From NCBI RefSeq assembly GCF_009914755.1, contig NC_060944.1: a stretch of DNA of 64,000 nucleotides; one strand, 5' to 3'. The translations under genes and the position numbers were made by a program. Numbering within the stretch: the stretch's first letter is position 1; every line of letters starts with the position of its first letter. Of this stretch, positions 1 to 13,776 are shown in pieces. The notes under the pieces were generated by a model. The model was not told the DNA's origin. It saw nothing but the letters and a program-made list of their open reading frames with translations, and did no database searches. The DNA is from the human T2T-CHM13v2.0 reference genome, Homo sapiens.

Positions 1-340
1 TGTTAAAATGTCTCAGAATCACCTAGAGGGCTTCTTAAATAAAGACTGCTGATCCCCACACCCAGAATTTCTGATTCAGTAAGTCTGCTGAGAGGCCTGA
101 GAATTTTTTTTTTTTTTCTTGCTTGCTTGCTTTCTTTCTTTTTTTTTTTTTTTTAAGAGATAGAGTCTCATTCTTGCCCAAGCTGGCCTTCAACTTCCGG
201 GCTCAAGCAATCCTCTCACTTCAGCCTCCCAGGAAGTTGGGTCTACAGGCATGCACAAGCACACCCAGCAATGCATTTCTAACAAGTCTTTAGGTGAAAC
301 TAATGCTGCTGATCTGTGGGCCACACATTCAGAACTACTG
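1..340 (-). mobile_element. MER5A (hAT-Charlie MITE), interrupted by a FLAM monomer
   Basis: cagaatcacctagagggcttcttaaa...tttctgattcagtaagtctg, resuming after the FLAM as tgcatttctaacaag...ccacacattcagaactactg; matches the reverse complement of MER5A. Confidence 0.85.
104..269 (-). mobile_element. FLAM (free left Alu monomer)
   Basis: poly-T followed by agagatagagtctca...gctcaagcaatcctc...cagcctccc...acaggcatgcacaagcacacccagc; single monomer. Confidence 0.85.
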
Positions 341-359
341 AACTATTATATAGAAAGTA

Positions 360-1100
360 ATTTATTCATTCATTTATTCAAGTGTTTGCAGAACCCTTAC
401 AATGTGGCAGGAAGGATTTTAGATGCTGGGAATATAACAGTGAATAAGGCATGGTTCTTACCAGCTTAGAAATGGGGTGCACCAACTAATAAGCAGGTAG
501 CACTGGACACATTCAGAAATACATAGGAGAGGCACCAATCTCAGGAAGTGATGTCCAGGGGGATACCTTAATGGTAAGTCAGAATTCATCACAAGGTAAG
601 CTATTGTTGGGGGAGCAGCACAGGACAAGAGCGACTAAGGCAGAAGACCACATTCACATGGAGTGCAATCCCAAGTTCGTCTGAGCTCAGCTGTGGAGAC
701 TTGGATGCTGGGAAGGGAAGGAGGAAGAGTGGGACTTTTAGACAGGCACAGCTGGAAAGATCAGCAGGAGCCAGATCACGAAGAACATGTACCATTCAAA
801 CTTTATCCCAGGGACAGCAGAGCACCAGCGAAAGGTTTTAAGTAGGAAAGAAAATACTATTCTGGCCACAAGATGAAAAATAGAATGTAATTGAGAAAGG
901 GAGACTGGTAGGTGGAAGAAAGGCAAGGCTATTGTCATTTTAAGATGTTTACTTGCAAATTGTCTTAATGGTCTTTTTCTTAGACAACCAGATGTCAATC
1001 TGGCATCTTAGTGTTTGAAGTCTGGAATGGGCACAGGAGAGTAGAGTAAGAAGAATGGAGTCTTCCCATGATGGTGGGTGAAGAGGGGTGGGATAGAGTA
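360..1100 (-). mobile_element. L2 LINE fragments
   Basis: attcattcatttattcaagtgttt...agatgctgggaatataacagtgaataag (L2 3' end, reversed) and ggagccagatcacg...aaggttttaagtagg. Confidence 0.65.
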
Positions 1101-2710
1101 GCCTCCTCAAGGGATTGATGCTTGGTCCAGAATCAGAGGTGACCATAAGAATTTAGGATTTATCTGAAACCTTATAAGCCATTTCAACAAATATTTAGCA
1201 ATAAACTTTGTCCAATTCTGTAATCTCAAGAAAGTCATCTGAGCTTAAAAACAATTGGCTGAGATGGATGTGCATTGCAGCTATTTAGGAATGTGGTAAT
1301 TAGAATATTGAAGGTGTTATCTGCCCATCAGTTGGGCAGTCATGGCCTGTCCTAATGCCAATCTCACTCTCTAGTCAGAACTAATGCTATTTCTGAGCCT
1401 CTTCTCAATATAATCAAAGAGATATGGGGCTGAAGGGGTAATGGAGGTTACCTTGTCTTCCTTCGTCATCTCAGGAAGAAATAAGGGCAGTGTACACATC
1501 TCCCTAAGTGTGGAAAACTATGACGACACCGGGTCTTTCTGACGTTTGTGTGGATTCACAAACTCCCAAAGCACCATATTATTTTTAAATTAGAAATTTC
1601 TGAACAGACAGAGGATTCAGAGCTCTCACAGCTAAATGCTAAGGAAATATTTATTGATGTCAGGATACTTTAAATTATGGCCTTCTCTCTCCTAAAATAT
1701 TTCCCAGCCGTCAAATTCGCCACCAAAGGAAATCCTTTGGCATTTCTAATGCCCTCTCTACTCCTAGAAGAATTTTGAGCTGCTTTTGGGGACAAAGATG
1801 TTCTACTTTTTTTTTTTTTTTAACAATTGGAAAGATAGGTGCATGTGTTGTTTTATTGATTTATTTAGACTATACATACTTGGTTTATACGTTACCTTAT
1901 TTAGGATTCACAGCAATGCCGTGGGGTAGGTTTTCATCATTTAAATTTTACAAAAGAGAAAATAACATTTGTAAAAGTCTGGCGTTCAAGATGGCACAGG
2001 CGGTATGTCAAAACACCAGGGCCAGGTCTGTCTGACATGAAACCTTATCAGTAAGTTTAAAGAATTTAAGGTAAGAAGGTCACTCTTCTTGGAGAAAACG
2101 AAAACTAAATTCAGCAGTTATCTCAGGCTCTTCAATTGAGAGAAAAGTGAAACTTGGACTATGGTGAGGAGCTGCAACTTGCCGCAAGTTCAGATCTGTT
2201 AAGGCAGTACTTCTCTGTGCTTTGGATCTCACTCGTGATCTTTATTTTAGTCACATGGAATGGTGCCTTAAAAGGCTACACCCAAATCGAATTCCCCTCA
2301 AAGTGGCCTGGAGTACCTCCTGAGGTTAAAAAGTCACCCGAAAGAGAACTGAGCACAGAGGAAATAATCACTATTCCTCTTTTAGCCTTGCTGAAAGTAT
2401 GGAGGCTATCTTCCCTTGTCAATCTTCTCACCTTAGAGACACACACCTTTGTTTTTTGCCGGGATTCCTCATTCTCACTGGGCCCATGGGGTTTAAAGTG
2501 ACTGTGTTGTTCACAACCTGAGCAGTAGGTGTTTGAATAACCACACACTGGGCAGTTTCTTATGTATTTCTTCCCACTGCATTCAACCCAATGTCATTTG
2601 GCAAGTATATATGATGCATTGTTGGATAACGTTGGAAGCTTAAACTCAAATGGGTAAAAAGGCAACTACCTTGTCTTCTGTCAGATTCCCAGTGCTTTTT
2701 AGCTCCTTCC

Positions 2711-2873
2711 TACTCAAAATGTGGCTCATGGGCATGACATTGGCATCAGCTGGGAGCTTATTAGAAGCACAGAAATGCAGAGTCTCAGGATCCACCGCTA
2801 CTTGTATACACTACGTGTACTTTAACAAGGTCTCCCCACCCCATAATTCAGGCAGAAAGTTTGAGAAGTCTTG
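2711..2873 (+). mobile_element. MER5-family MITE
   Basis: tactcaaaatgtgg...ggcatcagctgggagcttattagaa...tttaacaagg...aaagtttgagaag. Confidence 0.75.
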
Positions 2874-5207
2874 AAAACTGTTGTTAGGAGGCAGATCTCT
2901 CATCCTCTCTAGGGTGCACAGGCTACAAGAAGGAGCCTTGGCAACAACCTCCAAAGACACAATTCCTTTCAGAGCTTGTTTCCTGTTTGATAACTCACCA
3001 AATCTCTAAAACTGGAATGTGAAGCGAGGGTTCAGCCAAGGAACTGGGTGAGAGTTAATGGATCAATCTGCTCTCCCCCGTCAGTGCTTTTACCGCTGAC
3101 TTCTGGAATGTGTTTGATGAAAAGAAAGCAACTTCTTCAGACAGAAGATACTGATGCAGCCTGCTGAGGTTAGGACCTACAGGAACAATACACCAATGTT
3201 ATCAGAGCTTCGTTTGCCTCCAACTTCAGTCCAAAACTGACAACGGGAGGGAAAGCATTTTTTAAAGCCCTTGCTGTCAGCTGCCATTATTATAAATAGC
3301 AATTGCTCTGCTTCTCCCTGGGGGAATGTAGGCATCATTGTTTGGTTTTTGTTTAGATTAAGAGGTTTTTTCCAATAGCTTTTTACAATTAGATCTGAAA
3401 AATGAAACTAGTAGCACAGTGATGCTGCTTCCATTTATCATTCCAGAAGCTTGGATATGTTGAAAGTCAAAACCAGAGAAGGAGGTTCCTGCTTCTTTCC
3501 TATCATCAGGTTTGAGTGCCCTTTCTCAATGAACAATTAACAAAGAAGTCAGCTCTATTTAATGTTCTGTGTTCACTCCAGAATTTCAGGAAAGTAAGAA
3601 GCAAGGAGAGTCAAAAGAATCCTAAGTCACTGATGTCTTCATCAACCCAATCATCAGTGACCTCTAACATTAGCTGATTTTCTCAATAAACATTGTTTAT
3701 CTTTCTCACTATGGTTAAATGAGATTATGAATACAAACCAAATCCTCTGAGTCTAGATTTTGAAATGTGGCCATAAGGGCCAAGACTGACTGATGGTTTG
3801 TAGGTATATGAGGGTAAAATTAGATCTGCTGACTCCATCTGAAAGAGGCAATTTTGAGAGAAAATTATAGTGGCAGGTACAGGACAAGGCTTTAAGCTTA
3901 ATAATGCCGCCTTTCCATTATAAAGATGTACTCAGGACCCATTCACGGGTACTGTCTACCTTTTGAGTTGTATTTCTGGGAGTAGTCAATTTCTGGGAAT
4001 TGGATCGATTGACCTGCTTTTTACCAGATTCTCTCCTTTGATAGGGTTGGCAAGCATTACAAGGTGGCTGAAGTCAGTTAGTTAGCAAACCCACCTGGGG
4101 TTTACAAAGATACTTTTTACTTCGTTAGCACTAGGAAACGGAGCCAACCAACAGCCAAGGTCACGGAGTTTGTACACCTGGCTTGGAAAAACGAGCCAAT
4201 CAGAATTAATCAAAACTGAAGTGCAAATGACTATCCTGAAGAAATGGAACATCTAGTGAAATTGGCATGCTGGGGCCTAAAGAAAAACCACCTGAAAGAC
4301 TTTAGCTCACCAAGGGACCCTGTTGGCTCTCAGAAGGAATTTCAGACTTTCCCACTAGCTAAGCCCATTAATATCAAGAGCTTTATTAGATTAACTGGAC
4401 TCTGGTAGCATTTTCAAGGCTCAGATTCCACAGCCTTTGTCAATAACAGTTTCCGCTGTGAAAATAGTTTATTTTTGTGTTTCTTCAACTCCATAGATAA
4501 AGTTGATCCTCAGAAGGGTGGGGTGCTTGTGAAGGAGTAGACACACAACTCCCTGGGGGACTCTTCCATCGTGGGACTCTTCCTGGCCATGCTTGGGAAC
4601 ACAGACATGCCTTTATGCAAAGAAAGGGTTCCACTAGAAGCACACCTGATTATACTCAACCTGGATCCAAAGAGCCCTGTGCCATGTCAAAGGAAAATGT
4701 TCTATCATAAATCTCCAGAAACAGAAAAGGTCAAAACCACTCTTGGTAATTAGCCTGCTGAAATACAGTGGCCCTGCTTTTTGTTTAACCTTTTAAGAAA
4801 AGGGCTGCACTCTCACGAGTCTCAACAAGCAGGCTTTAATTAGGCACATCCTCAACACTCCTACCCTCTGCTTAGCCCCTTCCCCCACCTGCAGTCCTAA
4901 CAGAACATGCGTTTGGTTTGTTGCTTGAATCCCCTAACTTTGGATGGATTCTTGTTTTCTTCTCAGTGCACTTTTTGTAGTCCTATTTTAAGTCCATGGA
5001 ACCGTATCACTTTGCAGAATAAAAATAAGCTATATATAGACTGACCTCCAAAAAAGGGTGTCATGTTAAACAACTGGAAAAAATCAGCAGGCATGCCATG
5101 CACCAGCAGTTTTGTTTGTTTGTTTGTTTGTTTGTTCTAAATTCTGGCCAAGTTAGCAATAAGCGTGCAAATGTTCTTGTTAATGTTACTAGGTAAAATG
5201 CTTTACT

Positions 5208-5469
5208 GCAATAGCCACTAGCTATGTGAGCACTTGAGGTCTAGTTTGAACTGAGGTAAGATATATGTACAAAATATTCATTGGAGTTTGAAGACTTATT
5301 ATAAGGGAAAGGATGTGGAAAGATCCATTAGTAATTTGGATATATTGGGTTAAATAAAAGGTATTAGTAAACTTGATTTTCCCTGTGCCTTTTGCTTTTT
5401 ATACGGTGGCTATAAGAGATTTCAAAATTACAAATGTGGCTTGTATTGTGTATCTATTGGACAGTGCTG
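5208..5469 (-). mobile_element. MER33 (hAT-Charlie)
   Basis: tagccactagctatgtgagcacttga...ttggatatattgggttaaataaaa...ctattggacagtgctg. Confidence 0.8.
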
Positions 5470-5599
5470 GTGTAGCAGATCAATTATTCCATGTATAGAT
5501 AGAGAAAAATAAATGTCATATGTTTGATTTGGTTACTGCATGATTTATCACATAATTTTGTCCTATCTTGTATTATTATATATCTTTCTTGTTTCTTGA

Positions 5600-5727
5600 T
5601 CATCTTCCAGCCATATTGGAAACTTTCAGAAGATAAATATAAAATCTTAAACTTATTCTGCAGCCCATATTGTACCTAGGACAGTGCTAGGCACATGATA
5701 AGTGTTTAATCAATGTTTGTTAATGGA
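5600..5727 (+). mobile_element. L2 3' end
   Basis: cctaggacagtgctaggcacatgataagtgtttaatcaatgtttgttaatg. Confidence 0.7.
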
Positions 5728-5799
5728 GTAAAACTCGATGGTAGGACATTTTCAAAAGATTTCTTTGGGGGCTAGTCTGAGAGTTAGAACACAGGTTAG

Positions 5800-6390
<591 letters not shown>

Positions 6391-7529
6391 GCATGGCTAT
6401 TTGACTACAGATTGGCTTCCCAGCTGTGGCTCTTCCTTTGCAAAGCTCATATTTTACTAACATTTAGTCTCAATAACCAAAAACAAAGAGGATCAGTATT
6501 ATACTCACCTCTTGAATCAACGGTGATCTTTAATTACAATGTCTGGAGTCAGAGTATCTGCCATTAAAACATTTAATTTTTAGCAGTAGTAACGAGTTAA
6601 GAATGCTGATCAAACTGCTTCAGGTAGCTTCCCCTTTGAGCAGAGGAGGGTAACTGTAAATGAAGCAGCACATTTTAAAGGGCATTGTTGAAATCTTCCT
6701 TGAGCAGCACCAACTGGTATTTGTTGATCACTGGACTCCCTTTAGCTGCTGTTTCTGAGAACAACCTGCCTCCTGCCTTACCCCATTGAGCTGATTTTAC
6801 TAGGACACAGGACCATCATGAGGGGTCCTTGGTAAAGGAGCATGGTTGAGGGATTACTGAGGAGGGGAGAAGTAGAGGAGAAAAGGGAAAATCCCAGTGA
6901 GGTGGCCCCAGGCAAAGATCGAAAAAAACTGAAGTGAATCTAATCATTTGGCAGGGCAATCCAAGTCCTGAGCTTTAAGACGACACTTCTCACGGAGAGA
7001 GAAACTCCAGCTTGCAGTTCTCAGACATGGCCTTGTTATTGTTTTACTTCTAAATAAAACACTTGTTGTCTCTAAGTATTTCAATTCCTGTGCCTTATCT
7101 CAATTTGTAGGAGAGTTCCATTCAGAGCACCCATGAAACAGAAGATGAATGAATCATTTTACTGCAGACTGGAATAGGGCAGTGTGGCTAATGAGCTGTA
7201 CGTTTAGTCTTAGAAGGCCCTGGGATGCCTCACACTGGAGGCATCATCTAAGTCCTACTGTCCCTGGAGACTAAGTGAGTGGTCACTCTGTTACCAGACA
7301 AAAGTGCAGACCCTTCTTTGGACTTAAACACAGAGCTAGTATGACTGTATATTAAGGGATAAATTTCAGACTTTGTATGTCTTTTCCTGGATGAAACATT
7401 GGAAACATTGAAACATTGGAGAGTAACAGAGAGAATGGGGAAATCTTTGGTTATTCTGGGACTACAGTCTCCTTCAGGCTAAGTGTTAAGTAGGCCAAGA
7501 ATTGAGTTGCTTCCTCCCCTAGTCAGTAT

Positions 7530-7978
7530 CCTGCTTGCGTGAAGTTCGCTTCTCTAGAAACACAGTCTAAGACAGAAATTCAGATACACATGATTTACTC
7601 TCAAGAGGAGGAGAGAAAAGCAGAAGGGGGTAGGGATAGGAGATAAGCCAGGATGTGGTCCAGCTGTGACCCAGCTTTGGCCTGACCTCATGGGGAGGAG
7701 AGAAACATGCATTATACTACAGATGTGGTTCCACCAGGAAGCAAAGATGCTGTTCTTTTATAATCCTGTCTCAGTCAATCATTAGCTGTGGGTTGCCCTA
7801 GGTAGGGGGCATCATCTCTTAGGCAAGGTGGCTCCCGGTGGTTCATGACAATTCTCTGGAGAAGTGGGGATAAGAAGTAGTGGGTAAGCCATTAGCAGCC
7901 AACACTCACTGCAGCCAGGGGATGGGTGCCTCTGACCTGTACAGGGATGTGGGCAGAGAACCCACAACACCCACTGCC
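7530..7978 (-). mobile_element. LTR16-family ERVL LTR
   Basis: tagaaacacagtctaagacagaaatt...tcagtcaatcattagctgtgggttgccc...ttagcagccaacactcac...cacaacacccactg. Confidence 0.6.
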
Positions 7979-8849
7979 TTGCTGCAGTTATTCCTGTATC
8001 CATGCTCATCGTTTTTCAGGTCCCGGTATCCTATGCTTCCTTATCCCCTACTTTCTAATTTTACAGTTCACTAATCTAAAAATCAAGCTCCAGCTGTCTG
8101 ACCTCTAAAATGAGAGAGTGGTCTCACTATTCTCTCAAGCCCCTTTCAACTTCATGAGTCTACTGTGTCATCCTATTGTAACGAAAGTCGACCCTTTTTA
8201 AAAAATAATCAATGGCTTTCTGTAGAGAGAATGTCAACCCCAGTGACTGATATCAAGGTGGAAGTTTCAGAGCATCTGATCAGCAGTTAGGTCTAGAAAG
8301 AGCTGGGTCTAGAAAGACTCTGGCTAGTGCTGCTCCATCACACCTTGAGAATTGTTGCCGATATTGATGTTTGAGAGGGCTTACCTGGTTAGGCACCTGC
8401 GCACCATGTGATCTCTTCTCTTCTCGTGCTATGGTGAGCCTAGAATTTGAGGAAACCTGGAAAGTTGCATCCAGGGAAGACTGAAGTCAGGGGATACAGC
8501 CAATTATACTCTACTTCCCTTAGCATGTCCTGTAGTAGCAGGAGCAAACCGTGCTTCCATCCATCTGCATCAGCTTTCTCTGATTATCTGTTTCCTTTTT
8601 AATCTGCTACCTTTGTCTTTCCATCTCCTCCGTCCACCTCCTTTCTCTTCCTCAGAAGCATGCAGTGCCACAATGGTTGAAACCCACTCTGTTATCCTTT
8701 CACTGGACAGTGACTTCCAAATGGTGGGGGACTGTCTAAATAGTCTAGAACTTGCCAAATGCAGATATCCCTGGAGTAAGCCAGCTGACTGACTGGCTTA
8801 GAGAGGAGATGCCAATACACTTCCTCATTAGGATAGACTGTACTGCATG

Positions 8850-8962
8850 AAGCAGGCTGGATTCTGGAATCAGGCAGTTGGGTTTAAATCCAGACCTTGC
8901 CATTTATTAGCTGTGTGATCTTGAAAAAGTTACTTAGCCTCTCTTCTGCCTTCAGTTTCCTG
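8850..8962 (+). mobile_element. MIR SINE
   Basis: ggattctggaatcaggcagttgggtttaaatcc...tattagctgtgtgatcttgaaaaagttacttagcctctc...cagtttcc. Confidence 0.8.
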
Positions 8963-9221
8963 AAAGTTTCTCATAAGTCTTGAAGCTTCAGATTCAGTGG
9001 GTACATGTTGTCCAAGACAAAAATGACATAACAAACACCAAGATAAATCCTAGTGAAGCTGTTAAAACACAAGTATTAAGGAAATACTTTAATGGGCTTC
9101 TAGACAGAAGAAGTGGTCACTAATTGGGAGGATATTTGATTACTCTACATAGAAAACAATGCCAGAAGACAGCAGAACAATGTCCATGGGGTTCTGAGGA
9201 AAAGTGTGACCTGAGAATTTT

Positions 9222-9300
9222 ACATACACACACACACGCACAGAGACACACGCACATGGGCACGCGTGCGTGCACACAGCCACACACGCACACCTACAGA
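9222..9300. repeat. degenerate (CA)n/(CG) microsatellite
   Basis: acatacacacacacacgcacagagacacacgcac... Confidence 0.85.
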
Positions 9301-9929
9301 GAAACCAAGTCGTCCCTTAAGCATGAAGTCGACATTTTAAAATATGCAATAATTGAAAAACTAGAACACCCAAGAGCTCTTGAAAGAAAACCATTGACAT
9401 ATTTAATTCAGCCAATGAATCAAAGAATCAATATATATTTTTAAAGCCTCAGAAATGGAGCATCCATGAGAAAATGCTGGTGATGGTGAGCGTTGAGGTT
9501 ATTTAAATACAGAAATAAAACTGAACGACTCTTGAAATTACTGTGACAGAACAGAATGTAAGTGTCATAAAAACCAAATATAAAAAAAGAATACACATAA
9601 TTTAAAAAGGATGCTAGTTTCCACATTTTTCACAAAGAAGAGTCAATAGATACTATCTAACACTTAATGTTTTTCACATTTTTTCCTTTAGAGGATAATT
9701 TAAGAATTCATTTTATGAAGAAATATTCTTTTTCTGAAGTTGAATAGTTCCTTAGCTTTCTTTTTGTCCCCTTTATATTCAAGAAAATCTATTTAAACCT
9801 TTTATTTCAAAATGCAGTCATAGCATGTTCTCATTTTTCTATGCATTTATTAACTGATTTATCAATCTGTCCTCCATCCTTCCTTCCTGCCATCCATTCA
9901 TCCACTTATCCATTCATCCTTCTGCCTGT

Positions 9930-10086
9930 ATGTAAATATAGAAAATTGTCTGTGATGAAGATCTTCAAATATTGGTAACCATTGTTCCTGGGTGAAAATG
10001 TTTTTAGGTAACTTTTAATTGTATCTGTCCTTTTAACTGTCTTGAATGATTTACTATGAATGTACATCATTCTATTATAATAAAAA
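9930..10086 (+). mobile_element. old L1ME-type 3' end fragment
   Basis: ttttaggtaacttttaatt...actatgaatgtacatcattctattataataaaaa. Confidence 0.45.
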
Positions 10087-12404
10087 CTGTAAAACATCAC
10101 TTTCAAAAGTGAATAATGAAGAACTATATGGGCTAACACTGTTAACTGAAAAATGAGCATAGTAAAACCTCATCTTTGTAAAAGAGCGGATATAAATACG
10201 TGTAGATACCTAGACATTTTCTGGGAGATTCACAAGTAACAGATCACTGTGGTTATTTAAGAATAGGGGACAGTGAGACTGTATTAACAGGGAGACTTCC
10301 TTCTTTCTTTTTATTTTCCAAAATATATGCAACTTAATCATATTGTAATAATGATGGGAAATAAATACTAAAAGAAAAAAAGAAATGGCTAAAGACCATC
10401 TTTGGATGGGTACAAGAAGACTACTACAAACCTTTTGGTTTATTTCCTTGTGTGGTCCCCAAGGCTTCACCTTCAGAGCCAGTAGATTCTGCCAACCCCT
10501 ACTCCAGAGGATGAGAAGAAGCCTGTGGCCAAGCAGCAGCACTGTTTCCGGAGCTCTCCTTTCTTTTTTCTTTTTTTGCCTTACATGATCTTTTTAGCCT
10601 TGAAATCAATTTCTTGTTTATATTAATCCTTCATGCAGGATATGGTTTTACCTTTCATTTCTTACAACATTTCAGGCCAGTAGTATGTAGGAAAGACATA
10701 AGACTAAAGTAAGCCTAGAAGCAGAGACATAACTAGCAAACGCAATGATAGATAACAATGGATGTTTTGATGCTAGGGAGGAGTGGGGACTGCGATGTCT
10801 AGAGGGGCAGTCACACTCTGCTGTGACATTTGCTGCTATGTCAGAACTTGGCACAGTGTGGCATGAGACTCTGGAGAAGTTAGGAATTTAGATTTATAAG
10901 CGGGTTTTCTCCATTTTAAAATCCTATGAAATTAATTCAAATGGAAAAACAAAAAAGGCATTGAGAAGACCACTGAAAACATCTGGCCAGGCTGGATTTG
11001 GACTGCAGGCTGCTATTTTTTTACTTCTACTGTAGCTTACAAAGGGTGTGCATTTGAGCTTCAGCAGGAATTGTTGCATGGCATACCTGCTCATCATAGA
11101 TAGGTATGACCAGTTGCTGTGTGGGCTTTAAATTATGTGGCCCTAGAGAAGGGTGTTTCTGCATCTTACTGCCTTCTAGTGCACTGGAAACCTTTTCTTA
11201 AGAAATAGAAGGCGGAATAGAAATAGAGAGTGTCCACAGAGGAGGTGACATGCAGCATCACCTGTGGGTCAGGATCATAACATTTTTCAGGCTCCTTGGA
11301 TGAGAGCAGGGCTGAATTTTGGTTGCAGGAAACAAACCCCAGCAAAGTCTACCTGTGGGAGCCCAGCAAAAGAAACTCAGTCCATTCTTCTTTCCTGGGG
11401 ATTTGACATAGTCCGAGGGAAAGTGTGGCAGTATGAGCTGAATTTGGCTTTGAAATCTGGGTGTTTTGACTCAAAACAGAAAAGAAATGATGAGTCAGGG
11501 TAACAAGAGTTGATGGAAAAAGGATGACCTTTTTGAGCTACACAAAATAAAAAGGCCCTTGACTGCTTGAGAAGAGGCAAGTAAATCAGGTGCTAGGATT
11601 CTAAGTCCAACCTCAAGTTTCCATAACATCAGAGTGAATCTAAACTCAAAGGCAGCCTTCAGAGAGTGCATAGGGCGAGTAAAACGAATAACAAACCCAT
11701 CTCCTAAAATCCTTGATTTTGCAGCTTCAAGATTCCGTTCTCTCCCTGATGTGTATGCCACTATCGTGAATTGACAGGAACATGGGCTGTTTAATTTCTT
11801 TCTTTTCAAAATGCCCCCCTTTGCTTCCTGTCAGGCTAGTCCTACACTACGGAATCCATTCTTCTGCCTCTCTTTTTTTTAAATTCCTTTCAAGAGATAA
11901 GAACCCAGCATTAAAATGTAGGTGGCATAGCTTTGAATAGTAGTTGCCATTTTAACCTCTACTGGCCTACTTGTACCACCTAAAATGTGGCTTCTGCAAC
12001 TACTCTAATTTATTGCATTCTTTTTCATAAAAAAACTTGGACATAGCAAGCAAGGTGTCAGCATACAAGGCAACAATGCATTGAGCCAAGATCTTACAAT
12101 CTTATTACAAGATAAAGAGTAGAGTGCCTCTTGCTTAAAGATGTTCTGTAGATGGCCCCAAATGCTAAGAGCAATTTGATTAATAATCCCATCTGTTTTA
12201 CTCCTTGAATTTGTTTCCAGGGAAAATGTGCCTTTGATCACTAGGCGCTGACGAGGGTATAACCTGGCCCGAGGTGTTTCCCTGGAGTGAAATATGCAGC
12301 ACTTCTCAACTCCCAATTCCATTTAATTTATTGTTTGTTTTTGCTCAAGAAGAGCCTGTTTTTACAGCTGAACAGATTTGGAAGCTGGCTTGGGGTGTTT
12401 CATT

Positions 12405-12695
12405 TCCTTACATGAAGAGTTATAATTAGGGGATGGTAACCAGCTGTTTCCACCTTCACTAAAGACAGAGCAAACAAGAATTACCCTTCACTGTAGCAAA
12501 AGAAACTTAGGTTAGTTATAAGAAGGAACTTCCTGAGAGTTAGCAAGGGAGGCTAAGAGTCTCCTCCCTTGAGGGCTCTTAGATGGGATTTTCTTATCTC
12601 TTTTTGGGATGGCTTATGTGAGACCAAGATTAATGACACTAGAATCAGCCAAATAACCTGTTTCTGTGCCTTCCAGTACTGTATTTCTGTGTATG
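12405..12695 (+). mobile_element. L3/CR1 LINE 3' end
   Basis: ctgtagcaaaagaaacttaggttagttataagaaggaacttcctgagagt...gccttccagtactgtatttctgtg. Confidence 0.7.
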
Positions 12696-12748
12696 ATAAC
12701 CATTACCTGGGTCTGTGCCTTGTGGATAGTTGGATGATTGGGGGTAAG

Positions 12749-12788
12749 ATTTATTTATTTATTTATTATTTATTTATTTATTTATTTT
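12749..12788. repeat. (ATTT)n microsatellite
   Basis: atttatttatttatttattatttatttattta. Confidence 0.9.
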
Positions 12789-13114
12789 AGAAGAAGGCTT
12801 GTTTTCCATTTGATTTGCAAGTAAATGCCATAGCAGTGATGGGCTGAAGCCAGCTGGAGAGTTCACTGTTAAATGTTTAGGTTTAATTTTTTTTGGCAAG
12901 TCGGTTGTTATACACAGCTGCTATTAAAAAGTAAATCATATAAACTTAAAATTAATAAATTATATTAAAAACAAGGAAAAATACATAGAACTCACTACCC
13001 CTTAATAATTTCACTGCATTTTACTTTTATATATATGCTCCTAAGATTATTTACTTCTATTGTGTCTGTCTTACTCTCTTTTGTGCTGCTATTACAGAAA
13101 ACCTGAGACTGGAT

Positions 13115-13270
13115 CCATCCATCCTTCCTCCCTCCTTCCCTCTCTTTCTACCTCTTTCTCGCTCTCTCTTTCTTCCTTCCTTCCTCCCTCCCTCCCTCCT
13201 TCCCTCCCTCCCTTCCTCCCGCCCTCCTTCCCTTTTCCCTTCCCCCTTCCTCTTTCTTTCTCTTTCTTTC

Positions 13271-13330
<60 letters not shown>

Positions 13331-13466
13331 TTTCTTTCTTTCTTTCTCTCTCTTTCTCTTTCCTTCCTTCCTTCTTTCCTTCTTTTCTTCCTTTCTTCCT
13401 TTCTTTCTCTCTCTCTCTCTGTCTCTTTCTTTCTCTCTCCCTCCCTCCCTCCCTCTCTTTCTTCTT
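13115..13466. repeat. about 350-bp compound pyrimidine microsatellite (TCCA/TTCC/TCCC/TTTC) in place of the Alu poly-A tail
   Basis: lies between the left TSD and the Alu 3' end. Confidence 0.9.
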
Positions 13467-13776
13467 CGGAGTCTCACTCTGTTGCCCAGGCTGGATTGCA
13501 GTGGCAGGATCTTGGCTCACTGCAATCTCTGCCTCCCGGGTTCAAGTGATTCTCCTTGAGCAGAATCTCCTTCAGCCTCCCAAGCAACTGGGATTACAGG
13601 TGTGTGCCATTATGCCTGGCTAATTTTTTTGTATTTTTAGTAGAGATGGGGTTTCGCCACGTTGGCCAGGCTGGTCTCGAACGCCTGACCTCAGGTGATC
13701 CGCTGACCTCAGGTGATCCGCTCACCTCAGCCTTCCAAAGTGCTGGGATTACAGGTGTGAGCCACCACACCCAGCC
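13467..13776 (-). mobile_element. AluS (Sx-like)
   Basis: full dimer; TSD TGAGACTGGAT at 13104-13114 and 13777-13787. Confidence 0.92.
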
